DNA of 64,000 bases, from NCBI RefSeq assembly GCF_009914755.1, contig NC_060936.1, one strand, 5' to 3'. The notes beneath the pieces are model-generated. The model had not been told where the DNA came from. It saw nothing but the letters and a program-made list of their open reading frames with translations, and searched no databases. A program made the translations under genes and the position numbers. Source of the DNA: the human T2T-CHM13v2.0 reference genome, Homo sapiens. Positions 34,210 through 52,270 of this stretch are shown one piece after another (position 1 is the stretch's first letter; each line of letters starts with the position of its first letter).

Positions 34210-35179
34210 TTTTATTTTATATGTTTAATATACACACAATGATGTTTTGATGTACATAGTGAAATGGTTACTATAGCCAAGCAAATTAACATATTAATCA
34301 TCTCACATAGTTATGGTCCATTTTGGGATAAGAGCACTTAAAATCTACGTGTTTAAAATGATCAATATACAATACAGTGTTATTAACTATAGTCCTCATG
34401 TTGTACGTTAGATCTCTAGACTTATGCAGCATATACAACTGCATCTCTGTTCCCTTTACCTACATTGCCCCATTTCCTCTCCCTGTCCACATCCCACAAC
34501 CACCATGCTATGTGTTGGACTTTCTTTTAGATCCCACATAAAAGTAAAATTGTACAGTATTTTTCTTTCTGTGTCTGGCTTATTTCATGTAATGTCCTTT
34601 AAGTTTATCCATGTTGTAGAAAATGGCAAGATTTCCTTTTTTAAGGCTGAATAATATTTTGTATCATTATATATATAATGAAATATTGTTACAAATTGAA
34701 AACATCTTATATTGAAACAAATTATATGTATATATTATACACACACATATATATATAATTGTGGTGGAGATATATCTCCACCACAATTAATTTATCCATC
34801 CTCCCCAACCACTGATGGACACTTAAGTTGTTTTTATTTCTTGGCTATTATGAATAAGGCTGCAATGAATGTGAGACTGCAGATATCTCTACGAGGGGTT
34901 GACTTTATTTATTTCTGGGTTCATACCTAGAAGAGGGATTGCTGGATCATATGGTAGTTCTATTTTTAATTTTTTGAGAAACTTCCATACTGTTTTCCAT
35001 AATAGTTGTACCAATTTACATTTGCACCAACAGTGTATTGAGTCCTCTTGGTGCCATTGTTTAAAGTTAGTTTGACCATATATGCTTGCATTTATCTCTA
35101 GGCTCACTATTCTGTTCCATTGGTCTATGTCTCTGCTTTCATGCCAGTACCATACTGCTTTGATCATTATAGCTTTGTT
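34210..35179 (-). mobile_element. L1MA-type 3' fragment
   Basis: Antisense L1MA 3'UTR and ORF2 end. ORF 34889-35167 (IKAVWYWH..DQWNRI; [26 protein letters not shown]) joins two non-adjacent ORF2 segments. Confidence 0.85.
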
Positions 35180-35194
35180 TGCATATAACTCTTT

Positions 35195-39359
<4,165 letters not shown>

Positions 39360-40029
39360 TGCATACAACTCTTTAATGAATGTAAATATCTGAGAGGTGT
39401 TCAACAATTTTTCCTCTTAGGAGTATGTGATGAAAAGTTTTGGTGACCTGTGCTTTTAATAATTGACTTGTAGATCTTGAGGGGAGGGGTTAGGCTTCAG
39501 GTTCAACATACAAGTTAAATGGAACACTCATATCTTGAGGTTACTGCCAATACTAAACACATTGTAAAGCACCTTAGGAATTCTTTCACAGGTGTTCTGA
39601 ATAGTAATTTTTAAACAACAAAAAGAGACCCTCTGTCAGTTTTGTTTTATTCTTTTCAATTAAAAGAGAGAGAGAAAGTAATTTGCTATCAAAAAAAAAG
39701 TATGCAAGTGAACACAGCTCAATTAGCTTTTAAACGTGAATTTTAATTAGTGTTCTGACTCACTGTCTAATTTGAATGTTGTCAGTTATCTATGGTTTAG
39801 ACTATTCCATGCCAAAATTTACTCATTTGTTAGGAAGAGCCAAAAGTTGGCTTAATTCCACCCCTCTGCTTAGCATTTTATTAATGTAAAGCTTCTTGTA
39901 GTTTTAAGTGCCACATAAATGCCTTTGTACACCTATCTGATACACGTCTTCTTTTCAAAACAGAGTTTTTCTACTAGTTTTTTTTACCAAGTAGAAATTA
40001 GTCATATTCATTCATCTGCTTCTTTAGTT

Positions 40030-40765
40030 AATTCAGCAGTTATTTAATGAATGCCTACTATATGTTAAGCTTTGTCCCATGCATTGGAGATACAACAGTA
40101 AACAAAATAAAAATCTCAACACCCTGATGGAGTTTACATCCTAGTGGAGGAAACAAATAATAAGCAAGATAAATAAATAAGGGGCATAAAATATTCTCTC
40201 ATGAGAAATCAAAACAAGGACCTATGTTGGGAGGAGGCAGTGCAATTTTAGATAAATCACCTGGGGAGGAACTATTTGAAAAGCACTGGAGTAAAGATAT
40301 TTGAGGGAATCAGCCATGAAGATATTGGGTGAGGTGCTTTCTCTGCTGAGAAAACAGTGAGTTCAAAGGTATTAGAGTGTGCTTAGCAATGTAGGGAAGT
40401 GTGAAAAGCCAGTGTAGTCACGTGAGGTATACACAGGGAAAGGAAAAAGATCATGCAGGGTCTTGTGGTTTTTGTAAGGTGGCTGAGTATCTGAATGAGA
40501 ATGGAATCCATTAGCAGGATCACTTTGCCTGCTGTTTTGAGAATAGAATTAAGGAGACAAAGGCAAAAGCAGAAAAGTCACACATTCCTAAGAGTTATTG
40601 CAATAATCAGCTGAGAAATTTTATTGCATTAGCTGAAGGTGGTACCAGATGTAGTCAGATTCTATTCTACTTCTGAATTTTAGAATTCAGAAAATTTTAG
40701 AAATTTCTCTTCTTAATTTGAAGATAGAACTGACAGAATTTACTGATGAATTGGATGTGAGATAT
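40030..40765 (-). mobile_element. L2 fragment
   Basis: tatttaatgaatgcctactatatg...ggagatacaacagtaaacaaaa...gaatttactgatgaattggatgtg. Confidence 0.7.
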
Positions 40766-41230
40766 ATTCATCATCTAGTGCTGCATAACTAAGTTTTATT
40801 CACTTAAGAAACACATATTTGTTATCTCACTATTTCTGTAGGTCAGGAATTCAGGTACCCCTTAGCTGGGTTCTCTCCTCCAGGGTTTTTCTCTCAAGAG
40901 GCTGTAATCAAGGTGTCAACCTGGGATCTACCCTCATCTCAAGATTCAACTGGAGAAAGATTTGCTTCCAAGCTCACTCAAGTGATTGCTGGCAGCATTT
41001 AATTCCTTGCCAGGAGGCCCACTTCATCAAAGCAAACATACAAGGATAGCTAAAGAATATACCAGCAAGACCAAAGTCAGAGCCTTTTACAACCTAATCA
41101 CAGAAGATCACTATATCAGCTTTGTCATAATCTATTGGCTAGGAAGAAATCGCTAGGTCCAGCCTACACTTAGGCAAGAGTTTTACACAAAGACATGAAC
41201 ACCAGTAGGTGGGATCATTGGGAGCTACAT
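40765..41230 (-). mobile_element. MaLR LTR (MLT1F-like) inserted in L2
   Basis: gctgcataac...atctcactatttctgtaggtcaggaattcagg...acaacctaatcacagaag...ggatcattgggagc. Confidence 0.7.
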
Positions 41231-41437
41231 CAGAAGATGCCTCCCACCTAAGGTATGCCAGGAGGTTGGGAAGGGGAGGGGGGTGGCGGTTGGTGGAGAA
41301 GAGTCAAGAATGACTCTCATGTAAATAACATACATAGGATTATTTTACTTGATAAAGCCTCTTTTGGTGTTTAAAATTTTATTTTCTCCCTTGAATTGCA
41401 GAATTTTAATTGCTATAAATTTTAAGTTCAAAATCTT

Positions 41438-41805
41438 TGTCTTAGATCATTTGAGCTGCTATAACAAAAATACCATAAACCAAGTGGCTTATAAATGATA
41501 GGAATTTATTCCTATCAGTTCTGAAGGCTACAGAGTCCAAGATCAAGGTACCAGCAGATTCAGTGTCTGGTGAAGACTTGCTTCCTGCTTCACCGACAGC
41601 TGTCTTCTCACTGTTTTCTCACATGGCCAAAGGGATACAGAAGCTCTCTGGGATCTCTTTTATAAGGGCACAAATCCCAGTCATGAGATCTCCACCTTCA
41701 TGACCTAATCACATCCCAAAGGCTTCACCTCTTAATATCATCACATTAGTGGTTAGGATTTCAGCATACGAATTTTGGAGGAACACAAACATTCAGTTGA
41801 TAGCA
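41438..41805 (-). mobile_element. MaLR solo LTR (MLT1A0-like)
   Basis: tgtcttag...gctgctataacaaaaataccata...gtccaagatcaagg...aacattcagttgatagca; TG...CA ends. Confidence 0.9.
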
Positions 41806-42127
41806 TTCACGCATTCATTATATCCTTTAAAGAAAAAAATAGACTGTCTGCCTCCACTCATAATCTGTCAATGACATTCGCCTTATGCCAGTTCTACTTG
41901 TTTTCTTTACCATTCTGGAGTTCCCAGAAGTTATTCAGTCCCAGCAATGTTTGTTAAGCATTCAAATGTGCCCCTTGTTGCCTTACAGAACAAAGACACA
42001 AGTCCTTGTTCTCAAGAAGAGCTCAGCAAAGGCAATTGTTTATCTGTTAGTTTACTGACCTATTTAAAGTTTAGGAATAAATAAAGTTTTTAAAATGTTA
42101 AATATTTTGGACAAATGTCCAAGGTCA

Positions 42128-42820
42128 TGAAGCAACATCGTTTGTCTGGGGTAAATACCTGAGGTTTGCTGTCTCATGACAAGGAAATTAAGGATGCGGA
42201 CACACAAGGGAGTTTAAGAGGGGAGGTTTAATAGGTGAGAGAAAAGAGAAAAGCTCTCTTTCCTGGAGTTTAAGAGTGGAGGCTTATTAGTCAAGAGAAA
42301 GAGAAAAGCTCTCTCTCCTGCAGAAAGAGAGGGGCTCCCAAGTGGGTCTTCCAGTTTCATGGTGAAATACACAGGGGGTTTTATAGATGAGCTTGAGGAG
42401 GCCATGTCTAATTTACATAGGGCACAAGAGATTGGTTGGACCAGGTGTGTCGTTTACATAGTGCAAAGAAGCTAGCCGCCCCAACCTAATCTTTTATTAT
42501 GCAGATGGGTCCCCTACCTGGCCAGCACTATGTTACCTGTTCCTTTACTGTACACTTGGTTGACAAAGAAAAGGGAAGATGGAGCCTCCAGGTTGAACAT
42601 ACCTGGCCCCCAGGTAACCTTTTCCTATTGGCACAGTTGTTGGCATTCACCTGTGCAAGCTTCCAGCTTGCTTATCTATGTCTGCAGCTTGATTTTACAA
42701 GCTGCTCTTTGTTAGAAAAGAAATAATTTGGGGGCTGCTTTTTGTTAAAAGAGAAGCCTTACCAAGGACTCTTTTACTCTCACCAACGGCTGAAATAATT
42801 TCTTTTTAGCTCCTGTATCA
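42128..42820 (-). mobile_element. ERV1 (MER4-group, MER83-like) solo LTR
   Basis: Minus strand starts tgatacaggagctaaaaagaaatta and ends ccccagacaaacgatgttgcttca. It contains CCAAT, TATAAAA and ATTAAA in order. Confidence 0.8.
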
Positions 42821-44423
42821 TTTATACTACTAGTAAATGGCAGAGCTGGATTGACAGTCCATTCTTTTTATATAAAAGTTTTCCATTTTTGAGAACTTTG
42901 TAATCTTGAGGGACAAAACCAATGATCTTGAAACCATCAAAAAAAATGGTGACTTTCAAAGCATTGTAATGTGAAATACAAGTACAATGGAAACATAGAA
43001 AAAGGAACAATAAGGGTAGACTGGGATAGAGAAACTGGCTGGGAGGAGACAAGACCAAACTGGAGCCATGGATAATGGATAGAAGGAAGATACACAGATT
43101 ATACTGTATTGTGTAGTTTGTGCATAGGAAATTACTGAATACATATAAATATAAAATTGATGTTCGCAGAGAATAGTTAAGTGCTTTCCTTTGATTCTGC
43201 AAAGTCATATATTACCCCTCTCTTTCTTTCTGAATTTCCTTTTGGATGGCAATTGAGGAAGTAAGAAATAAATACACATCCAGTGTACTAATAATTTAAC
43301 AATCACTCTTTAGTGTCTTTTGGCCATCAGAAAATTATATTGTCTTGTAGACAACCAAAAATATAGCCCATTCTTAGTGCCACCTGCACTGGCCTCAGTT
43401 CCGTGTGAGCCCTTTTCTGCCTGTCCTAACCACATCATGATTTTGGAATATGTGTGTATGTTCATACCACTCCAAAAATTTCCCTTGGGCTTTGTGTTGC
43501 AATTTTCCAGCAAGTACACACTCCCCACTCTCTCTGTCTGTAATCATCTGTGCTGATTCTGAAACTCTTCAATCTCTATAAAATAAGAATGAGGTGCACT
43601 GATTTTTTTTTAATGAAAGGCCACATCTTTTATTCTAGACTCTCTTTCAATCAGAATGAATCCAGTGATAGCCATAGTAGAGTAAACTGCCTATTCTTAG
43701 ACTTTTTAAAGTCAATGTGAACAAAGATAATATGGACTGTGCATGAATCTAGAGTGGGGGTAATCATTTATAATAACCAAAACCTAATCAGACACTTGGT
43801 ATTATTTAATTAGAATCTAAATATGTAAATAGGTGACAATAGTTTTTTTTAAGTCAAGATATAGAAAATTCTACATTATCTACTTCTTTTATAACCTTCT
43901 TTCTTTAACATTAAAGAAACTAATTAACATTAATTTATTAATGATAACAATTTATTTTACATCAATGTTCAAAAATGAAATTTAAACTTCTTAAGTTTTA
44001 TGGAGTAATCCTTCCTGTTCTTATTTACTACCTTCATCTTATCCACCATAAGCTAGGTTAGTTTTATAGACAGAAAGGAATGAAGAAATGATAGGGATAG
44101 GCCAGTTAGGTCTTCCAATTGCTTTTCATTTCCAAAAGTGGATTAAACATTTTAATATATTATGCATTCTAAGGGAAGAAAGAAATGTTAGTGTGAAGCA
44201 ATAATTTTCTGGGCATACTGTGTTATTTAGAGCAAAAGATATTCCCATATCCCAAAGAACTTGCTTCTATGACAAGTCATGGATTAAAACATGAAGAAAA
44301 AGTAGATTGCATGGTTAGTCTTGCTTAGCACCATGCCTAGTAACTTGCAGATGCTCGTTGTATATATTATATGAATGTTGGATGAAGTTTTCAAATAATT
44401 CAGTGTCCTAAATGCTAAGTAGA

Positions 44424-45028
44424 GGTAGTGGGAAGAATTCTAAGATGGCCTCTAGTGACTCTCCTCCTAGCCAGATCCCCTGCCCTACAATGTGGGAAGA
44501 AGCTGAATATGATGAGTATCACTCTTGTGATTGTGTTACATTATATGGCAAAGGACAGATTATACAGAGTGGGCCCAACTAATCACTAGAGCCCTTGAGC
44601 CCTTATAAGCAAAGATTTGCCTCCAGCTGGCAAAAAACAAAGTGAGAGATTCAAAGTGCAAGCAGAATTTAATGCAAGGGGATGCTCTGTGGCTGACTTT
44701 GAAGATGGTAAGGGTCATGCAGCAAGCATGACGATGGCTTCTAGTTGCTGAAAGTGGCCCCTGGCTGACAGCCAGTTTAAAAAAAAAAAAAAAAGGAAGC
44801 GGGGAGGGGCTGGACTCTCCTTACAACCACCAGGAACTGAATTCTCCCAACCATCTCAACAAGCATAGAAGTGAGTATTTTCCCAGAGCCTTCAGATAAA
44901 TATGAGTCTGGACAATACTTGGATTTTAGCCTTATGATACCCTGAGTAGAGCACCAGCCACACCATTCCTGGACTTCTGACTTACAGAACTGTGAGCCAA
45001 TAAGTAGCCATGGTTTTAAGCCACTAAT
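44424..45028 (+). mobile_element. MaLR LTR (MLT1E/F-like)
   Basis: gaattctaagatggcc...ttacattatatggcaaagg...ctggacttctgacttacagaactgtgag...ttttaagccact. Confidence 0.8.
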
Positions 45029-45703
45029 GAAGACTGTCAGCACTGACTCTTATTAAAATCTAAAAGAAGCCCGAGGAAAGAGAGATTTAAGAAGTTTATC
45101 ACTGGAAATCATAAGTTAAAATTTTTTAAGTGTGTAACTGTTCCTCAGGCAACCCCCAAATATTATAATTTACAAATTCATAAATAATTGCATATAGAAG
45201 AGCAAGCATTTGGCAGAAGTCAGTCCACTCCAAGTTGTTTTTAGCCATTTAACCTAAGTCTAAGGCATTTAGAAAAAGTAAAAGAGACTAACCTACATGA
45301 AAAACCAGTTAATAAACTAGCCTATGTTAGGAAGCAATTAATTATTTTGGTTGTAAACTTCCCTCACTACAACAGATTTCTCAAATAAATGTTCATGGGA
45401 AAGGGTGAAAGATTCTTTCTACTGCTTATACATCAATCCCTGTGAATGTGTAGACAACTTTATGTTATGTAGTTGGCATCTTTCCTGTTAGGAACAATTA
45501 AATTCAAATTCCACTATTTGGATTATATATTGGAAATACACTAGTTACAGTGAAATTTATATTGAATCTGTTGCATGCTTAACCTATGCCTAAATTGAAT
45601 GGACACTTTAATGAAACAGACTCAATATTAACCAAGTCTGTGATGTACAGAGAATCACTGTTATTATACTACATCAAATGCTATACTAAAGCCCTCTGAA
45701 ACT

Positions 45704-45989
45704 AAGACTAGAGTCTAGCTGTGTCATCCAAACTGGAGTGCAGTGGCCCAATCTCGGCTCACTGCAACCTCTGCCTCACGGGGTTCAAGTGATTCTCCTG
45801 CCTCAGCCTCCCAAGTAGCTGAGACTACAGGCACCTGCCACCACGTCTGTCTAATTTTTGTATATTTTTAGTAGAGACGGGGTTTCACTATGTTGACCAG
45901 GCTGGTCTCAAACTCCTGACCTCAAGTAAGATGCCCGCCTCGGCCTCCCAAAGTGCTGGGATTACAGGCGTGAGCCATCGCACCCAGCC
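45704..45989 (-). mobile_element. Alu (AluSx/Sz-like) lacking a polyA tail
   Basis: Antisense Alu body with no poly-T run at its 3' end. Confidence 0.92.
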
Positions 45990-46216
45990 CTTCTTTTTTC
46001 TTAATTACTTTTTTCTACATGTTATACTTATTAAGGCAGAGTGATATCGTGTTTAAGAATAATGACCCTGGACTGAGGTAAATACAAATTTGAATCTGAC
46101 ACTTAATAATTGTATGATTATGAAAATGTTTCTAAACCTCTCTGAGACTCAGTTACTTAATATGCAAAAAAGTATGTTTAAAAGCATTGTTTTGTAGGTT
46201 TTAATTAAAACTAATT

Positions 46217-46617
<401 letters not shown>

Positions 46618-46709
46618 TTAGCTATTTTTTATTGTTGCTATATGAAAATTAGAAAACGCAGATTAGCATACATATCAAATAAAATATTTGATAGGCCCTG
46701 TTGAGAGAG

Positions 46710-46950
46710 GCAGTAGTATTGCCTAGGGATTAGGCATGCAGATCCTGGACACCGTATTAGGGTAAAATCCCGGATCTCTCACTCATTATTTACATCACCT
46801 TACACTTTCTGGGGTCTGCTTTCCTCAGCTGTAAAATGAATGCTAATATTAATACTTACTTTTCTAGTTTACTGTAAGGATCAAATGAGTTAATACACGT
46901 AAAATGCTCAAAACAAATTCCGGAACCTAGTTGTGATATAGAAGTGTTAG
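46710..46950 (+). mobile_element. MIR
   Basis: Core tttcctcagctgtaaaatg...aggatcaaatgagttaatacacgtaaaatgct. Confidence 0.75.
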
Positions 46951-47574
46951 CCTTTAGTGTACCTCAGTGGTAAATATTCTTCAAAACTGTATGTTTATGT
47001 GTATGTATGTATATAATCTGCGTGGTATTTTATATATATAGTGAAAAAGGTGCATTATAGATATTGTGATATACCTCACTTTATTTAAAAAATACAGCCT
47101 ACCTTCAGCATCTTTCTAAAAAGTAAGTAGCATATTTTCATAACGTCATTTTTGCAACTTACCAGTACTATATAGTTAGTTAACATCATTTATTGACTTA
47201 TTACATTATAATTTATTATGTTATAGTTAACCAAACCCCTGTTGTTGGACATTCAAACAAAAGTTGGACAAAAATATTGTTTCCAGTATTTTCCTGTGAC
47301 TGTATATTCCCATTGAGATGAACTTCTTTGTAGTTAAACACTTGCATATGTCCTTAGTTATTTCTTTGGACTATTTACATAGGGTGGAATTGATAGAACA
47401 GAGAATACACATGAGAATATTCTACTTACTTTGATCTACATTGCCAAATTGCCTTTTATTAAGGTTGTAAGGATTTACACTTCCATTAGCAATAAATAAG
47501 ACCAGCTGTTTCCTGCATCTCCACCAACATCTGTATTCTAACTTGGTTTGTTAATAGTGTCTAATTGTTGAGAT

Positions 47575-47809
47575 AATTGAAATTAGTTGCTTTATAAAAG
47601 AAGCTCCAGAAAGCTAAATAGCCCTTTCCACTATGTGAGGCCACAGCTAAAAGATGCCATCTGTGAACCAGAAGCAGGCCAGACACAGAATCTGCTGGCA
47701 CCTTGACCTTGGACTCCACAGACTCAGAACTGTGAAAAACAAATTTCTGTTGTTTATAAGCTACCCAGTGCATGGTATTTTGTTATAGCAGACTGAGTGA
47801 ACTAAGGCA
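47575..47809 (+). mobile_element. MaLR LTR 3' half (MLT1A0-like)
   Basis: gaatctgctggcaccttgaccttggact...tggtattttgttatagca...actaaggca. Confidence 0.85.
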
Positions 47810-48111
47810 CTTGCCTCTTCCAGCTTCAAGAGACTGCCCACATTCCTTGGCTCATGTCCTTCCAGCAATAGCATCACTCTGACCTCTGCTTCTGTTGTCA
47901 CATCTTCTCTTCCCTCTGACCCATCTGCCTCCCTCTTATAAGGATGCTTGTGATGACATTGGGTCCACCCAGGAAAATCTCCCCATCTCAAAATCCTTAC
48001 TTAGTCACATCTACAAGTCTCCTTTATCGTGTAAGTAACATACGGACAGGTCCAAGAATTAGAATGCAGACATTATGAGTGGAGGAGTGGGCGCATTATT
48101 CAGTTTACCAT
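47810..48111 (-). mobile_element. MaLR LTR fragment (MLT1B/C-like)
   Basis: cattccttggctc...ctcttataagga...atctccccatctcaaaatcctta...attattcagtttacca. Confidence 0.8.
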
Positions 48112-50109
48112 AGCAAGTTACTTTCATTTCTTCCTTGGGTAGCCTTTACTTTAATCCACAGTCTGTTAGCTAATCCTTACAAACGGCTGAAGAAATTTAA
48201 TTCCAATATTAAAGTATAAAGGGTCTACAAAATATTGGCTATTCACAGATACTACGCAGAATAAAAAACAACCCTTTTATAAAAGATATAGCTAATGCAC
48301 TTCAGAGCACCATACAAAAAAAAATGTGGTTTTCCCTTAAGGGTATTACATGCACATTATATCTGACATTATGATAAACCAGAGTGAAATCAAGTAAGCA
48401 GTCCATTTCTCTCTTATTCCCTTCTGTTTGCATTATCTCGACTATCTTAGTTCAGGCCCTTTTTTGTAGACTATTGACAGAAGGTAACTCAAAAAGCATG
48501 GATGACTCTGAAATCTGGGCCAGTGCCCATGGGAAAGCTAAATGAAACAACTGCATTTTTGTTGTTGTTGTTAGGCTGCAAGAGAATCTAAAAGTTAGGG
48601 CCAAGTTTAAAAGAGAGGAAGTTTTAAATGTGGACTCGCTGGTTTTATTCCAAGTAATGTCAGTTTTTTGGCAAGTTGGGTTTCTGACTCAGGAATTTCT
48701 GCTCGCTGATTAAATTGGCCTCATTTCAACACATAATATTGGCTGCTTCCTAAAGATTAACTTGCTTACCAACAATATAATCTACTCTCTTTATTAGTAG
48801 TAAAATTACATTATCCAGCATTGCATTCTTTTCAATGGTTTGCAAACAAACATTTTAAAAAAAATAAGTGCTATAATTTATAAAATGCTCTTTTCACATA
48901 GCATCATTCTTTGAAAAGAATACTATAGCCTTTATTGGATACACTTAAAAATAGAGTTTTTCTATAAATCATGGGATAATTCAGTAATTAATAAGGATAT
49001 ATTTGATTTTATCTCCATTGTTAATAGTCACTATCATCAGCATTAATTACTGTGATCTGATTCTGACTTCTGTTATTGTTTCAGAGTCATCAGATTTGCT
49101 TTAGTTATTCATTGTCATGGTATATCCTACGTACCAAAATTTTATAACATATAGAATGGGCTATTTCACTATTTGATTTTCATGCATACTTATAGTAGAG
49201 CTTACCAATTTTAGTAACATATCTAATGGAAATTATATAAGGCAGCAAGAAACTGAAGCATTACCTCCCTTTGACAATGAGTAGCTCAGCAGCTGAGTAA
49301 AATTCTGAAAATATAAATTGTTAGACTCCTCTCTGCCATAAAGAAATCTTTCACCTTTAATGCCTCAATCCAGGTTTTCCCTCCCATAGATAAACGCAGC
49401 ATAAGCAACATGAGGATCCCTGTTAAACATTTACACAAGAGGAATAATACTTCCTAATTAATCACCAGTGGACTGCATCAGCGATTATATGATGGTCGTG
49501 TTTCTAATGCAGGTGTTCATAATTTGAATGGAATTTAATGAGCACGGGTAGTTTATCTGCATTTATTCTCTGGTGCAAACCAAGGCAATTAAGACAGCTT
49601 TGTGTTCATGTAATCACACAGCATAGAATGTAAGAAATGGGAGAGACATCAAATGTCTTCATGACCTAGACTCACATTTTACAATTGAGGAAACTGGAGG
49701 CCAGAGAGGCTTGAAGAGCCTCCAAATCCCTCCTCCAAATCCCTTTATATTATCCATAAATGAGTTTGTTGACGGCCTTAGAGCTGGTAATAGCCAGATC
49801 TATGAAGATCAAACAGGCCCTTCACTCCTCCGCTCTGCTCTTTACTTGGTCTCACTTCCTCCCAGATATTCAGTGTCCTTTCCTCTTCTTCACATCCCAG
49901 CCTATCAAAGCCCTGATCTCAGATCATTACACTTCGCTGTGTACTGAATTCTATTATTACCTTCCCCAGAATGATCTGTACTAACAAATCATAAATTGTG
50001 GATTTGTGGAGTGAAAAATTGTCTGACTTTAGTGAATGAAAGAAATTTGAAAAGGGGCTGCCTCAAGTGTAAAGCTGGCCTCATATGCCCTAAAGTACTG
50101 TTATTTTAA

Positions 50110-50369
50110 AAGTCCAAGATCAACGCTAGCAGATTTAGTGTCTGGTGAGCACCTTTTCCTCATAGATGGTACCTTGTATGTGTCCTCACGTGGTGGAAAG
50201 AGAAAACAGGCTCCCTCAAATCTCTTTTATAAGGGCATGAATCCCATTCATGAGTTAGGAGGCCTCATGACCTAATCACTTCCCAAAGTCCCTACTCTTA
50301 ACACAATTGCATTAAACATTAGGTTTCAGCATATGCATTTGGGGGAAATACAATATTCAGACTGTAGCA
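50110..50369 (-). mobile_element. MaLR LTR fragment (MLT1A0-like)
   Basis: aagtccaagatcaa...cttttataagggcatgaatcccattcatgag...atattcagactgtagca. Confidence 0.85.
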
Positions 50370-50399
50370 ATAGGTCTAAATTGTAAATGACAATACAAC

Positions 50400-52270
50400 A
50401 AACTGCCATGAATTCACTACCAAGTTTAAGAGGCATCAAAATAGGAACTTTGACAACTCCTATATGACCTATGCCAATCATATTCATTTAATCTTTCTCA
50501 TCAGAAGAAGAAATGACTTTAATTATTCCAATTCACTTTTTTTGTATGACCTTATCACTAATGTTTACACCCTTACAAAAATATATTATTTAGTTTTATG
50601 TGTTTTTAACCCTGCATAAATAGAATTGTATGTGTCTTCTGCAAATTTTGTGTGGGCAAAATTATCTTGACATTCACGCATGTTTTTGTTTGTAAATTCT
50701 AGTTTGTTAGTTTTCACTAGTTTATTGTACTCTGTAGTATAAATGCATCACAATTTATCTCTTCTACTTTGGATGCCATGAATATTTATTGTGAGTACTG
50801 ATATTTTTGGATTTATTTCTATCATTGTATTTTGTTTTTTCTAATTGCCTTCATTTTCTGTTTCTTTACCCTTTCCTTTGTTATCTTATTTTAAAGGATT
50901 TTTTATTCCATTTCCTCCTTGACTAGTTTGACATTTGTAAACTCTCTAATCTACCAAAGCTGTATTAGAAATTGTAACATCTACACTTAATTTATCAGAA
51001 TCTAATACTGAAAAATAAGAAACTTTCTTCACCTAGTCATTCATTCAAAGAATTGTTACAGCCCTTTGAATACCTCAGTCAAAAAACATACAAAAACCTT
51101 TTGGAAGTTCTTATTGGAACTACACTCTGTGAAAACTTCCTTCTTAATGAATTTAGCGTACTTTATGTGTGTTTCCATCTTAGTGACATTTAGTACAACC
51201 CAAACAACTTGTTTCCTACTTTATATGTTATTGGTGTTAGGTATTAGAGTTCTATTTTACTGTATATTTAGCTTTACAATATGTCATTAGTAGCTGTTTA
51301 TTTAGTAAATATTTATAGGTTTTGCTTTCTTTGTCCATCATTTCTTCTTGCATTTTAGTCTTTTCATCTAGAATCACTTTCTTTCTACCTGAAAAGGCTT
51401 CTTAGTGGAAGGGTGTTGTTGCAAACTCTGGCCCTTTTTATTTTCTAAAACAACTTTAGTTCATATTCATTTTTGAAAGATATGTTTAGTGAATATACAA
51501 CTCTAGGTTGGCTGTTGTTTCCTTTCAGTAATTTGGAGATATTCTATGATCTTTTGACTTCAACTGTTGCTGTTGAGAAATCATTCATCATTCTACTTGT
51601 TTCTTTTTGGATAGTCTTTTCTTCTGGCCATTTTTAAGACTTCTTTGTGTCTAGATGTGTTTGAATGTCAACTTGTTTTTATTTATTCTGCATGGAAGTT
51701 GGGCTTTTGGACTTTGAAGATAAGTGTTTTTCATTAACATTCTAAAGTTCTGAAAATTTCTCAACTTTTATTGCTTGGGATACTGTGTCTTTCATTATTT
51801 CCCTGTTCTGCTTCTGGAATCCCATATATTAGATCTACTCGCTCTATTTTACCTGTCTTTTTTATTGTTATTCTACATACTTCTTTTTTTATCTTCCTAC
51901 ACTAGATTCTAGATAATTTTTTAAAAATTTTATTCCTGTTCTCTCCTCAGCTATTTTTAATATTCTACTGTGTGTATATGTGTATTTATGTGCGTGTGTG
52001 TGTATTTGCATGTGTGTATATATTATACATAGAACAAGAGATAGTTCTAAATTTATTTTAATTATGTATTTTTATTACTGAAAGTTATTTTTATTATTTA
52101 TTCTGTTAGTATAGTGTCTTGCTCTTATTCATCTTTTTTATTCCCCCTTACTTCTTTAAAAAGTTGTTTAAATGTATTAGGTATCACTATTTTCTGTGTA
52201 TGTCTGATAATTACAACTGCTCAAGTTTTTACGGATCTAATTCTTTCTTATTTTGTTGCTACTGACTCTG
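50400..52270 (-). mobile_element. Old L1M fragments (approximate)
   Basis: T-rich degenerate antisense L1 (cattttgaaagat..; ctgttgctgttgagaaatc; ttctgcttctggaatccc). Confidence 0.55.

Noticed and set aside
41261-41296. G-rich tract as a G-quadruplex
   Set aside because: Only three clearly separated runs of three or more G; it lies in decayed TE context.
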